From IMG/VR virus record IMGVR_UViG_3300027413_000002: a stretch of 64,000 nucleotides of DNA. One strand, given 5' to 3'. Numbering within the stretch: position 1 is the first letter of the stretch; every line of letters begins with the position of its first letter. The notes under the pieces were generated by a model that saw only the letters and a list, made by a program, of their open reading frames with translations, did not search any database and was not told the DNA's origin. The stretch is from a virus. Made by a program: the position numbers and the translations under genes. Of the stretch, positions 37,811 through 47,315 are shown in pieces.

Positions 37811-38535
37811 GCTTCTATCCTTCTTTTGAATAATTGAGATACTTTCCGATTCCAGACATCACCATTATGAGAACCATCTCTGCTGGTGAAATCAAACTCG
37901 GGAAGATCGCTCTGTCGGAGTAGAATAAGTTCTTTCTCTCTACACGCTTCTTCTATCTGGACAACACATTTCTGTTCGATCTCTTGATTCTTTTCATCGT
38001 CAAAGAGATCCAACTCAGGATACTCTTTAAAGAGAAGCTGGATTCTTTCCCAGTGATTCTCTTCCAAATGTCCTGCAATAACATCTTTGTACATGAGAGT
38101 AGCAAGCTGCTTTAGATTCCAGTTCTGAATGTGCGTGTACGTCTCTGTCTGAGGATTGTAGATCTCTCGTCTGGCACTCTCGGGGAGAATGATGAAGACT
38201 GTCTTGGCAGGTAGAAGTGGAATCCACGCTGTCACCAGTCTCGCCACGGTTTGTGGACTGCAACCAGATACACCAAAGTTTGCTGCATTGAGTAGAAATG
38301 GCCAAGTCAAATGATTCTCCAACTCATAGCCAAATGTATGTGAGCAACCGAACGCAACTCGTTCAGCTTTTGCGTGGATAATCTCTCCCTCGCGAAATCC
38401 ATAGCTGTCACAGTTATAGACTATGTGACGATGTTGATTCCCTTGCAACTGCAGCATTGCCGAGACCATCGGATTTAATGTCCTCAAACACACATCCGTG
38501 TTCTGCATATAACCATGGGCATAACGCTCCATCAT
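37807..38535 (-). CDS. SGNH/GDSL-like protein
   Basis: YNCDSYGFR, GCSHTFG, NFGVSGCS, RDGSH. Confidence 0.68.
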   Translation of the reverse strand: MMERYAHGYMQNTDVCLRTLNPMVSAMLQLQGNQHRHIVYNCDSYGFREGEIIHAKAERVAFGCSHTFGYELENHLTWPFLLNAANFGVSGCSPQTVARLVTAWIPLLPAKTVFIILPESARREIYNPQTETYTHIQNWNLKQLATLMYKDVIAGHLEENHWERIQLLFKEYPELDLFDDEKNQEIEQKCVVQIEEACREKELILLRQSDLPEFDFTSRDGSHNGDVWNRKVSQLFKRRIEA

Positions 38536-38852
38536 CGTCCAATGTCCTTAATGCTAGACTTGCCAATTACCTGATACGCACCCTTATTATACGCAGGAGC
38601 AACGGTAAAGTTCTTACTCTCCTCCACTTTCCACGAAGTGTCTGCACTCGCAGAACTGCCGATGCCCATTCCCCCAGAGGGATACTTAGAGCGATGCGAC
38701 TCCGCTTCAGCACGACGAGCGATCTCGTCCTCCGACAATCGCATCGGTTTAAACTCTTTCTTACTCGCACGAACAGCAGGAGCAGTCTTGGCGCGAACCT
38801 TGCGCTTGCGTCCGTGCATGTCGTATCGCAAAGATCCAGAGTAATTCATCAT
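38532..38852 (-). CDS. conserved hypothetical phage protein
   Basis: TVAPAYNKGAYQVI motif. Confidence 0.7.
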   Translation of the reverse strand: MMNYSGSLRYDMHGRKRKVRAKTAPAVRASKKEFKPMRLSEDEIARRAEAESHRSKYPSGGMGIGSSASADTSWKVEESKNFTVAPAYNKGAYQVIGKSSIKDIGR

Positions 38853-39226
38853 GCCGCGACTCCCATCGAAGCCAACTCACAGAAGCCAGCAGGCTCAACC
38901 ATGAAGAACTTTCCCTCACGCTCGATGATGTCACCAACACTCAGTGAATGTAGGTCACGCAATTTGTAGTACGAACCATCAGGGCGATATCCCTCGATCC
39001 AACCAAACTCAGAGACGCGCTCCTCATCTTCTGGAGACCAGCGATTCATAATGTGAAAGCAATCTTCTAAATCAGTGGTATCAACAACACACACCTTAGA
39101 GAAATACTCAGTGAAGTAAGAATAATCCCAAGACTGCGAACCGAAGCAGGTAATCTCTCGATAAGCATTCATCATCTCGGGGGAAGGAGTCTCTCGGTCG
39201 AGTTTAAACTGATATACAGTAATCAT
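38849..39226 (-). CDS. hypothetical protein (YodL-like SLSVGDI motif)
   Basis: LEDCF..MN, HSLSVGDII, V.P.GF. Confidence 0.6.
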   Translation of the reverse strand: MITVYQFKLDRETPSPEMMNAYREITCFGSQSWDYSYFTEYFSKVCVVDTTDLEDCFHIMNRWSPEDEERVSEFGWIEGYRPDGSYYKLRDLHSLSVGDIIEREGKFFMVEPAGFCELASMGVAA

Positions 39227-39366
39227 TACACAGCACCTCGAACCATATCAGACACTGGCTTATGATCAGTCAGATCCCAGAGATACTGGGGAAGTAGTGA
39301 ATAAGACTTCAGTGGAGCAATCCACGACACGCCATCAGTGAAACGAACATAGTATAAAGGATTCAT
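39226..39366 (-). CDS. small early protein
   Basis: Hand-translated MNPLYYVRFTDGVSW...RGAV*; GAGAGAG leader, TAATG coupling. Confidence 0.6.
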   Translation of the reverse strand: MNPLYYVRFTDGVSWIAPLKSYSLLPQYLWDLTDHKPVSDMVRGAV

Positions 39367-39398
39367 ATTTCTCTCTCTCAACTCTTTAATGTACAGCT

Positions 39399-39426
39399 AT
39401 TATAGCACATTGGAGATAAATGTCAA
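39399..39426 (-). promoter_or_regulatory. early promoter TTGACA-16-TATAAT
   Basis: Perfect consensus boxes. Confidence 0.85.
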
Positions 39427-39804
39427 CAACTATTTTTGTATAACGACACACTCTCTTAGACAATTAAGTAATGCACGATGTCAGGAGTGCAGAACATACG
39501 AGGATACAGACGAGATAGGTGGGGTCGAATATCACAAAGAATAGATTCCACATACCACTAAACAGTGCGAAGACACACCACAGCCCGAGCAGATACCCAC
39601 TCATTATCATCGTTATAGTAAGGAATTCTAGCATCGGACTCTCGCCCTCCTCGTATTCTCGCGAAAAAAATTTCTAGGACGAATCTCCATAAGTCCGTGG
39701 TATATACCCTTGTAAGAGACGCCATATACTCGAGCCTCTCAAGTTCTGGACGCTTGTGTGGGGTGGGGGGAGGAGGAAAGGAAACTCGAACTCCCCCCGA
39801 GAAG

Positions 39805-40002
39805 CTAGACGGTCTCGACGATACGACCCTTGTCGATCCAGACCAGCTCCTCAAACTTCTCGTCAAACGTATAGCCACCCATCTGGAACCCAGTCTCGTG
39901 CAGCTCCGTCTTGACGAACTTCACAGCTTCCTTGGCAGTCTCGAACGAGTACCACTCCTTGGCAGCTGCACCATAATTACTTAAACGAACTTCATATGTC
40001 AT
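39805..40002 (-). CDS. small early protein
   Basis: GGAGAGAG SD. Confidence 0.65.
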   Translation of the reverse strand: MTYEVRLSNYGAAAKEWYSFETAKEAVKFVKTELHETGFQMGGYTFDEKFEELVWIDKGRIVETV

Positions 40003-40014
40003 CAGTCTCTCTCC

Positions 40015-40329
40015 TTAGTACTGGTTGGCTTCAGCGTGGTGGATAGCGTCAGAGGCAGGAGCATCCGCATAGTAGGTCTCTTCCCACTTGTCAGCAGTAG
40101 GAGCAGCACGTTCCTCTTGCTCACGAACCTCTTCAGCATATGCTTCCATCTGCTCATTCTCCGAGCGATATTCCTCAATGTACTTCTCGATGGGAGCAGG
40201 TACGACATAATCATCAGACAGTCGCAGTTTGTTATTGGCAGGGTCAGCGTCAACGAATACGATCTCATCAACACGCAACCAATGCGACTCATTAGTCAGT
40301 CGAACGTAGTCACCTTCAAATATAATCAT
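40015..40329 (-). CDS. small early protein
   Basis: GGAG SD, TAATG coupling. Confidence 0.65.
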   Translation of the reverse strand: MIIFEGDYVRLTNESHWLRVDEIVFVDADPANNKLRLSDDYVVPAPIEKYIEEYRSENEQMEAYAEEVREQEERAAPTADKWEETYYADAPASDAIHHAEANQY

Positions 40330-40472
40330 TACACAGTCTCCTTATAATCAACCCAAGTCTCACTCATAAAGGTGCGACCCATAGACATTCTCCAAGAAAG
40401 AGCAGCAGGAGCACTCTCGAAAGTCATAGCATTTACAGCTTCATCATTAGACATATATCGGATAACGTACAT
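40329..40472 (-). CDS. small early protein
   Basis: Hand-translated MYVIRYMSNDEAV...KETV*; GAGAGAG leader. Confidence 0.6.
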   Translation of the reverse strand: MYVIRYMSNDEAVNAMTFESAPAALSWRMSMGRTFMSETWVDYKETV

Positions 40473-40506
40473 ATTTTTCTCTCTCTCTTCTCGATTCAAT
40501 ACAACC

Positions 40507-40620
40507 ATTATACTACAGAGAGGATTAAAGTCAACACTTTTTTTGCTCTAAACCAATCTTTTTTTGTCTCTCTCTTTAGGGACGACACCCTATTATACAG
40601 GTGCTGGCAGAGGAAGTCAA
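40507..40620 (-). promoter_or_regulatory. tandem early promoters (40534-40507, 16-bp spacer; 40620-40592, 17-bp spacer)
   Basis: Two TTGACT...TATAAT sets. Confidence 0.78.
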
Positions 40621-40686
40621 GCATTGATGCCGACTGCGGCACTATAGTTTTGGCGGGAGGTGGAGGTTTGTGTCTGCAGTTAGTCC

Positions 40687-40715
40687 TTGACACGGGAGGG
40701 ATAATGTGCTATACT
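40687..40715 (+). promoter_or_regulatory. + strand sigma70 promoter TTGACA-17-TATACT with extended -10
   Basis: Read directly; no convincing ORF downstream. Confidence 0.7.
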
Positions 40716-40789
40716 AGAGAGAACGGCTCTCTCGCGGATGTTCTCGAGGCGAGGGGGACTCTCCACGGGCATTTTCCCGCAAATTAGGA

Positions 40790-41035
40790 TCAGCGAGATT
40801 TGCTGGGTACGAGAGATTCCGAGTCCATGCATAGAACTCTGCCTACGTCTTTCCCCTTGCTATCTCTTATTCCTATCTCTCCATCCACCATACCATACGA
40901 GAATTTACTCCTCCCACACTTGGCTTCTATACTATACCCAGAGAAAGAGATATTCTTTACCTTCTTGTCTTGGAGCATTTCTTTATAGAGAGTGGAGAGA
41001 GAATCATAGCGTTTCTTCTTCGGAATATAATGCAT
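40790..41035 (-). CDS. hypothetical protein
   Basis: MHYIPKK start coupled (TGATG) to upstream ORF. Confidence 0.5.
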   Translation of the reverse strand: MHYIPKKKRYDSLSTLYKEMLQDKKVKNISFSGYSIEAKCGRSKFSYGMVDGEIGIRDSKGKDVGRVLCMDSESLVPSKSR

Positions 41036-41217
41036 CAGGGGAATAGTGCTCTTGTCCAGTGAGTGGAGGCAGAGACTTCCTTGTCTCTTGTGGGTTTGGC
41101 ACAATTACCGCATATTATGCCTTCTCTTTCGTGATACCACACTCCTCTACCATTGTCTTTAATGTGACGATTGCAGATTGTGCAGGAAAGAGATCTTTGT
41201 TTAGAGGAGTTTTTCAT
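41035..41217 (-). CDS. small zinc-finger protein
   Basis: CTIC...CGNC. Confidence 0.5.
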   Translation of the reverse strand: MKNSSKQRSLSCTICNRHIKDNGRGVWYHEREGIICGNCAKPTRDKEVSASTHWTRALFP

Positions 41218-41742
41218 TCAATCTTTCAGGTGGAGAGATAAACTTTGACCGAGACAGCTTTAAATCATCTATTGCTACTGCACCGAATAACCATATTACT
41301 ACGAGAGACCAACCAATTATTGTAGGCATCATTTACTTTTCTTTGTATCCTTTGTTGATTATGGCATTATTGCCGAGATTATTTATGGTTGGAAGCGGAA
41401 AAACACGCATTACTTATGTTTCTCTTGTTTATTCCTCTCGCGGATTGGCATATGCTGCGCGAATCTTGTACCAGTTTCCCGTTGCAATTTGTCCCTCACA
41501 GTACATTTCATAGTAATGCCAGAGCAGACTTGTGCCGTGACTGGGGTTATTCGTCATCTTGGCTCTCGTACCATGTGGCAATCACAGCCATTATTCCTAC
41601 CAGCAGACACATCCACAGCAGATCTTCTAACATCTCAATCATACCATCACCATGCTGTACATGGGGTGGACTGCAGTGGAGTCCAAGTGTTTTAAAAAGA
41701 ACAGTGCCAGTGGTGTGCACATCATTATAAAGAGTAGATTCT

Positions 41743-41931
41743 TCATTGTTTTATCTCTCGGAACTTCCTTCTCGACTTGGAGAAGGTTTTAAGTGGATTG
41801 GTGAATGTCTTCAACTCACCGCTCTTGCCCTGATATGCCACCAGATGTCCAGCGTCATTCACGTGATAGATGCCATTGAAGACAGGATGTTTTGCGCTTG
41901 ACCAGTCAGTGGTCTCTTGTAGAATCTTCAT
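41743..41931 (-). CDS. small early protein
   Basis: ATGA overlap; FSKSRRKF tail. Confidence 0.65.
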   Translation of the reverse strand: MKILQETTDWSSAKHPVFNGIYHVNDAGHLVAYQGKSGELKTFTNPLKTFSKSRRKFREIKQ

Positions 41932-42272
41932 ATATCGAGTTTCTCCAGAGCGGAGTAAATGCGAGGTTCAAGATCATCATACTCCTCAGAGTCTGCCAGC
42001 AGATTACCCATCTCAATCAGAAGGTCTGCGAGATCCATCGCATCGTTGTTTATCAGTTCCTCGACAGTCACAAGGTATGCAGTGTCTTGGTGATCAGTCA
42101 CCTCGAAGCGTTTGCGAGTGCTTTGGAAGTCACCCCATTTGCTGAGATGTAACTCAATTGGACCAACATATTTTAGCTTGGGATTCAGACCAGATGGATA
42201 TCCAGTGCTTCCCGCTCGCTTTTGCACCAACGCATGGTGTATTTGATCAGCAATGTAATCACAGTAAATCAT
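41928..42272 (-). CDS. hypothetical early protein
   Basis: MIYCDYIA start with GGAGAG SD. Confidence 0.65.
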   Translation of the reverse strand: MIYCDYIADQIHHALVQKRAGSTGYPSGLNPKLKYVGPIELHLSKWGDFQSTRKRFEVTDHQDTAYLVTVEELINNDAMDLADLLIEMGNLLADSEEYDDLEPRIYSALEKLDI

Positions 42273-42552
42273 ACTCTCTCCAATTCTTAATGAACCACTT
42301 TTCGATGACAGGAGTTCCGTCAGCATTCTCATCAACAGCAACATACGCAACAGTCTTCAGGACATGCGCATAACGATAAGGATTACCGATCTTGTCTCCG
42401 ACCCAAACCTTATGAGGAAATTGCTCAGCGAACTCAACCTCATAGTCATCGTTCACAGAGAACTCAAACAGATTATCGTGATCTTTCTCACGGAAGCATC
42501 CGACAATCGTATCGTCAGCGTCTTTATAGGTCGAACTAGGGGCATAAGCCAT
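42259..42552 (-). CDS. hypothetical early protein
   Basis: MAYAPS start with GGAG SD; promoter TTGACT-16-TATAAT at 42609-42582. Confidence 0.7.
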   Translation of the reverse strand: MAYAPSSTYKDADDTIVGCFREKDHDNLFEFSVNDDYEVEFAEQFPHKVWVGDKIGNPYRYAHVLKTVAYVAVDENADGTPVIEKWFIKNWREYDLL

Positions 42553-42605
42553 AACAATCTCCACTCTCAATTTAGAATACAATTATACTACAGGAGAGAC
42601 AAAAG

Positions 42606-42992
42606 TCAAGCGATTTTTTGCGTGACTTTGTAATCAGTTTGCTCACCATTGGGCATCATCACCCAAGAGGCACGAGCGGTCTCAGCGATCCAGACACCGT
42701 AGAAGTTACGAGTGCAGTACACAACATAATCCTGCTCCCACTCCTCGCCAGCCATCTGCGAGTCTTCGATCTCACGAGCACCGAGGGAATACTCCTCATA
42801 ATACTCATCACCACTCTCGATGAGGTCGAGCAACTCGACATAGGGTTGACATACACCTGCCCAGAGGTCTACGTTCTCAACAACATAGGTGGTTCCACCC
42901 TTGAATTTCCAGTGTTGAGGACATTCACCCTGACCATCCCAGTCATGAGCACCATAGTTCTCTTTCACTTGAGTATCGATAACTAATTTCAT
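42606..42992 (-). CDS. conserved hypothetical phage protein
   Basis: ENYGAHDWDG.GECPQ.WKFKGG motif. Confidence 0.75.
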   Translation of the reverse strand: MKLVIDTQVKENYGAHDWDGQGECPQHWKFKGGTTYVVENVDLWAGVCQPYVELLDLIESGDEYYEEYSLGAREIEDSQMAGEEWEQDYVVYCTRNFYGVWIAETARASWVMMPNGEQTDYKVTQKIA

Positions 42993-43159
42993 GCGGCAAC
43001 TCCATCAATCAACATTGAAAGTTCATTCAGACGATCAGTGATTCTTACATACTCACTGTTATAATACGTCTCGTTGTAACACTCTTTTGCTTCGATCAGC
43101 ATAGCCAGATCGTTGAACAGAATGCCTTCCTCAGACTTCAGACTAGATAAATCAAACAT
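42989..43159 (-). CDS. small early protein
   Basis: Hand-translated MFDLSSLKSEEG...GVAA*; coupled on both sides. Confidence 0.6.
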   Translation of the reverse strand: MFDLSSLKSEEGILFNDLAMLIEAKECYNETYYNSEYVRITDRLNELSMLIDGVAA

Positions 43160-43317
43160 TATGCTTCTCCTATGCTATCACGCATTGCCAGAGCGGCAAG
43201 AGCCAAACCAGTAGTGGCGAAGAACAAACAAGCAGCGATAGACATCGTTCCCTGCTCAAGACCACCAACCGATCCCATCAGTAAAAAACCACCAGTCAAA
43301 CCGTAAATCAGATTCAT
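43159..43317 (-). CDS. small two-TM membrane protein
   Basis: Hand-translated MNLIYGLTGGFLLMGSVGGLEQG...; promoter TTGACA-16-TATAAT at 43379-43352. Confidence 0.6.
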   Translation of the reverse strand: MNLIYGLTGGFLLMGSVGGLEQGTMSIAACLFFATTGLALAALAMRDSIGEA

Positions 43318-43420
43318 AACAACACTCACTCTTTATCAATTCAATACAAGTATTATACCGCAATGGAGATTAATGTCAACAACTATTTTTGTCTAAGCAA
43401 ACCTCTCTTAGAACCAAAAG

Positions 43421-43570
43421 TTATGATACATCCTTGTCATAAACATCAATGGTTCCCAGCTTTACGCCAGAGTTGACAAGCCGATCAACGAGCGCATCAG
43501 GGTCACGCACATCCCATTCGATGTGTCGCTTCCCATCAGCATCATACCATTCAACGCAAGTGACTTCCAT
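43421..43570 (-). CDS. small early protein
   Basis: Hand-translated MEVTCVEWYDADGK...DVS*; TAATG coupling. Confidence 0.55.
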   Translation of the reverse strand: MEVTCVEWYDADGKRHIEWDVRDPDALVDRLVNSGVKLGTIDVYDKDVS

Positions 43571-43908
43571 TATCCGATCATCCTTTGGTCACCCATGTAG
43601 TGTGGACCAGTCCACGCGACAGAGTACGCTTCAAAGATGTTACCACGAGCGTGGTTTCGAGTAGGAGCAGCCCAACTTGCTGCCTTCAGGATGTCTCCAC
43701 GCTTAAACTTCTTGTCATTGTCGACAGAGACGATGAAACCCCAGACAGAGTTTCCAGTTAGAATTTTGGTATATTTGCGACCCTCTTCAACAGTGACAGA
43801 AGAGTAGAACTGTTCGTTCATCTCTTTCTTGATATCATCGTCAGGAGCCATAAAGCGTGAGTAGTCAGCTTTGATTTTTTGGATCAGTGTTTCGATTTCG
43901 CTATTCAT
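43570..43908 (-). CDS. conserved hypothetical phage protein
   Basis: GRKYTKI, SVWGFI, GDILKAASWAAP..N.ARGNI, WTGP.Y. Confidence 0.75.
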   Translation of the reverse strand: MNSEIETLIQKIKADYSRFMAPDDDIKKEMNEQFYSSVTVEEGRKYTKILTGNSVWGFIVSVDNDKKFKRGDILKAASWAAPTRNHARGNIFEAYSVAWTGPHYMGDQRMIG

Positions 43909-43938
43909 ATTTCTCTCTCTCTTCTCAATTTATACTCT

Positions 43939-44001
43939 ATTATATCGCAGAGAGGACAAAAGTCAACAACTATTTTTGTCTAAGAGAGAGTTTTTTATAA
44001 C
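43939..44001 (-). promoter_or_regulatory. early promoter TTGACT-16-TATAAT plus 44-bp repeat copy 2 (43958-44001)
   Basis: Identical upstream block to 17862-17905; leader nearly identical to 55560-55622. Confidence 0.85.
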
Positions 44002-44019
44002 TTTTTTGTATATGCCGAG

Positions 44020-44289
44020 TTACTCGGTTTCACCGCACCAGTTACACTCTTCACCTTTACCGACACCCATTAAGGATGCCTCGGCAGTGCAGTAGTGTTC
44101 CCAAGTGAGATCCTCGCCTTCGCGTCCACGGTCTCTGTTACCATCCGCATTCAACTCAGTCATATCCTGTTGTTTGTGCTTCTGATTCTTATCGCCATAA
44201 ATGGCGTCCCAGTTATCGCTAAATCTTCGTGCGTCAGTTTTTCTTCTGCCGCTTCCCTTACCACCGTGCCAGCTACCCATTACATGCAT
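44020..44289 (-). CDS. hypothetical protein
   Basis: WHGGKGS.RR..NWD.I motif; C-terminal CNWC. Confidence 0.6.
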   Translation of the reverse strand: MHVMGSWHGGKGSGRRKTDARRFSDNWDAIYGDKNQKHKQQDMTELNADGNRDRGREGEDLTWEHYCTAEASLMGVGKGEECNWCGETE

Positions 44290-44828
44290 CCATCTATGAA
44301 TTCGATTATTTTACGAGTGTCTTCAGGTGTAGTGTGCTCAAACGATCGAATGTCTCCGTCATCAAACAGATTAGCACCAAACTCGTTCTTGATGTTTCTT
44401 AGCTTGGTGAACCGAGACTGAATGAATTGCTCGCTCTGGTCACTTCCGCGATCTATATAGCGTTGCTCTCGAATGTCGTCCGAGACAGTCAGTTCAATGA
44501 TAACCAGCTGATGTCCAGCTTGCTTTACTGCGTGGAAGAATGAGGTTGTGGTCAGTCGATCGCCTTCAAACAATACGACATCGGCAGGACTGCCCTGTAG
44601 ATATTCAATGGCTTTGGGTTGAACCGCCATCGAGAGACGATCCGTCCCAGAGAACACTTCACCCTCTTCATACTTACCCATGAGGAATACATTCTTCTTA
44701 GATGAAATGTAACCCTCAACCAGATCGACTGGTTTACAAAGAAACCACTCATCATCCTTCATAAATTCTTTAATGAGAGTCGACTTCCCAGATCCTGGGA
44801 CTCCGACAACTGCTATAACTGTAGACAT
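44280..44828 (-). CDS. P-loop nucleotide/DNA kinase
   Basis: Walker A GVPGSGKST; GTDRLSM; LFEGDRL; context with base-modification genes. Confidence 0.8.
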   Translation of the reverse strand: MSTVIAVVGVPGSGKSTLIKEFMKDDEWFLCKPVDLVEGYISSKKNVFLMGKYEEGEVFSGTDRLSMAVQPKAIEYLQGSPADVVLFEGDRLTTTSFFHAVKQAGHQLVIIELTVSDDIREQRYIDRGSDQSEQFIQSRFTKLRNIKNEFGANLFDDGDIRSFEHTTPEDTRKIIEFIDGCM

Positions 44829-45178
44829 GCTTTGTCCTCGTTGGTTGGTGCATCTTCAAGATCAAGTTCTATTCGAACAAGTTTATCGTATTTTTTAGTT
44901 CCATTTGCTGAAACTCTTTCGCCAGTGTCTGGGTCTGTGACTCGACAATCCCACGCTTCACGGCAGACTCGCCTCACTTCTTCAGTAGAGCCAGTGACAG
45001 GATAAAACGCATTTATTGGGTGCATTTGTTTGGTGATCTCGCAGTATTCCAGTTTGACTTCATCCTTAATATCCAACGCTTGCATCAGAGGATTATCTTT
45101 AGCAAACCGAACTCCGTCCAGAGTCCTGCCATATACAGCATTCGTCTTGTTGCTCCGAGTTTTGGTAGTTTTCGTCAT
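44813..45178 (-). CDS. hypothetical protein in modification operon
   Basis: ATGA overlap with upstream gene. Confidence 0.55.
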   Translation of the reverse strand: MTKTTKTRSNKTNAVYGRTLDGVRFAKDNPLMQALDIKDEVKLEYCEITKQMHPINAFYPVTGSTEEVRRVCREAWDCRVTDPDTGERVSANGTKKYDKLVRIELDLEDAPTNEDKACLQL

Positions 45179-46188
45179 AGTGGTAATACTCCCTCCACTG
45201 ATTGTTCATCATCATACATCATCTCCAACCGATCCAGCTTGCCTGTATTCAGGAATGACGCATACTTCTCTTTGATTATGCCTGTTTTATTTGATAAAGT
45301 CAAGTCCAAAGTTTCGTTTCTTGCTTGCCACAAGACCTCCCACTCGATACCAGACCAGCCATCTTGCTCGACTTTCAGTATCTCTTCAGCTTGTCTGTCC
45401 AGATAATATCCGAGGTATCGACCATGACTGGTGCGGAACAACTTCTTGAATGAACACAGACACGTCTCCATTGAGAAGTAATTGATGTCCTTCGCCAGTT
45501 CAGGATATTCAGAGTGCATTTCACTGATCAGTTCAGTACCCTGCGCTTCGAGATCCGCATACTCTCCAGCTGTCAGTTTGGTATTCACCTTGTCCTCCTG
45601 ACCGAGCGCATACAACCATCCGTTGCGGTGTGATCGAGATCCAGAGTAATCGCTGAACATCAGACTTGTTGGCTCGATCGGGACATCAGCGGTGTGCTTC
45701 AGCTGTTGCATATAGAACCATGTCGAGTAGCGTCCGAACTTATACAGACCATCCTTGAGAGCAGTCCAGAGATTATCGAAGTTCTGCTCTTCATTGTCGC
45801 CATAGTAAGATTCCAGCATCTGTCGTTGTGTACGCTTCTCTGTAAACTTTTCATACGAGGCGAACATATCAGCCAGATGTCCTTTACTCCACTTGGTGTC
45901 GGTCTGGTATCGGAGTCGCTTATAGTTCTCAGTGTTCCACGCATTCATCCGATCGAATGTAGCCAACTCGAAATCGGGGAACTCATTCATCAGAACCCAA
46001 GATGTCGGGAGGTAGTATGTGTTGCCGTACAACCAAGCAAACCAGAGTCGTTGCTCATCGTTATGCTCATACCGTGTATTGATGTAATTGGCGAGCCAGA
46101 TGGCAGGGTCGCAATCATTATATCTGACAGACCACGCATACCATCTCTTGAATGCCTCGCGTCTGTTTTTAGGTTCTCTATAATCCAC
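45175..46188 (-). CDS. amino acid:DNA transferase (aGPT-Pplase2-like, HhH glycosylase fold)
   Basis: DCDP, RLWFAWLYGNTY, KFGRYSTWFY, ETCLCSFKK, RYLGYYLDRQ. Confidence 0.78.
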   Translation of the reverse strand: MDYREPKNRREAFKRWYAWSVRYNDCDPAIWLANYINTRYEHNDEQRLWFAWLYGNTYYLPTSWVLMNEFPDFELATFDRMNAWNTENYKRLRYQTDTKWSKGHLADMFASYEKFTEKRTQRQMLESYYGDNEEQNFDNLWTALKDGLYKFGRYSTWFYMQQLKHTADVPIEPTSLMFSDYSGSRSHRNGWLYALGQEDKVNTKLTAGEYADLEAQGTELISEMHSEYPELAKDINYFSMETCLCSFKKLFRTSHGRYLGYYLDRQAEEILKVEQDGWSGIEWEVLWQARNETLDLTLSNKTGIIKEKYASFLNTGKLDRLEMMYDDEQSVEGVLPL

Positions 46189-46729
46189 GTGCTTCAGTCC
46201 AATAGTCTTTCACGCAACCACCCATGCCCTTTTTAGTGACTTCTTTTTGTGTGTATTCATCCCACTCCCAGACCAGATCACTGACGCTTGGTCCAGCGAT
46301 ACGTCCAATAGAGAGAAACGTGTCTGATGCTTGGATTCCCCAAGACTTGAAACCTACCCGTTCATATGCAGTAAGAGCAGGAGCATTGATTGATACTCGG
46401 AAGTGTTTGAGTTGTGCCATATATGCTCGATACACAGCGTCTTCACATAACTTACGGAACACACCCTTGCCTCTAGCGTCTGGTATTGTGACGATCCACT
46501 TCAGATTGGCGTAGTTCTTCATCATCTTCGTTGCGATGACTCCCAAGACTTTACCATCCTCGTAGAAAGCACGGATGCAGTCTTGACAGTTGTCGTCAAT
46601 GATACCACGTCTCATCTTCGAGAAGAATTTGTCAGTCGTTTTGTTTGCTTCACAAAACTCAGACCAGTCATCAAATGACAGGTTGGAGATCCCGTCCTGA
46701 ACCTGTTGATTCGACTCTGATTGATTCAT
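46178..46729 (-). CDS. GNAT acetyltransferase
   Basis: IVTIPDARGKGVFRKL acetyl-CoA motif; A..AYERVGF. Confidence 0.8.
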   Translation of the reverse strand: MNQSESNQQVQDGISNLSFDDWSEFCEANKTTDKFFSKMRRGIIDDNCQDCIRAFYEDGKVLGVIATKMMKNYANLKWIVTIPDARGKGVFRKLCEDAVYRAYMAQLKHFRVSINAPALTAYERVGFKSWGIQASDTFLSIGRIAGPSVSDLVWEWDEYTQKEVTKKGMGGCVKDYWTEARGL

Positions 46730-47315
46730 TAATGATTCCAGCACGTTTTGCAATATCCTTCGTTGATGTGATAATATAACCGTTGTCCACAGTAGTCTTG
46801 TACAATGGTCGCTTACCATTCCGATACAGGTTGATTTTCTTATCTGATGTAAGTTCTATGACAGATAGAGATGAGTCTCTCCAGATCTCGAGTGGATGAT
46901 ATCCTGCCTCAATCGTTCGATTTAGCAGTTCAGTATCGTTCTGTGTGGTCGTCTCATACCCATACAGCCTATCCCAGTTCTCTGGAAGTTCTTGTGTGAC
47001 CACGCCATTGTGAACGATTGATAGATCGTCACTGGTCTGTATGGGTTGATTGAATCGGAGGTCACTGGTTGAATATCGACAGTGACCAATAAGGTACAGG
47101 TTGCCATCCTCATTGAGCAATTGCTCCATCTTTGAGAGAGGAGAGAAGTCAGGAGCGGGGACAGCTTCAATGAGAGTGGCAACCTTACCGTTCTTTACAT
47201 ACGACAAACCTGTCGCGTGTAACCCTCGAATACGAGATTCAAGGAAAACATTCCGCACCAGTTCCAAGTCAGAAGAACTGGGGGAAGTTAATCGTGCGCC
47301 AATTACTGCGCACAT
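46671..47315 (-). CDS. class II glutamine amidotransferase (Ntn hydrolase), stand-alone
   Basis: N-terminal MCAVIG, RGLHATG, GHCRYST, NQP, VHNG, NDTE, RPL. Confidence 0.88.
   Translation of the reverse strand: MCAVIGARLTSPSSSDLELVRNVFLESRIRGLHATGLSYVKNGKVATLIEAVPAPDFSPLSKMEQLLNEDGNLYLIGHCRYSTSDLRFNQPIQTSDDLSIVHNGVVTQELPENWDRLYGYETTTQNDTELLNRTIEAGYHPLEIWRDSSLSVIELTSDKKINLYRNGKRPLYKTTVDNGYIITSTKDIAKRAGIINESIRVESTGSGRDLQPVI

Noticed and set aside
39558-39984. ORFs 39558..39878 (-) and 39697..39984 (+)
   Set aside because: No SD, atypical composition, and overlap with a better-supported gene
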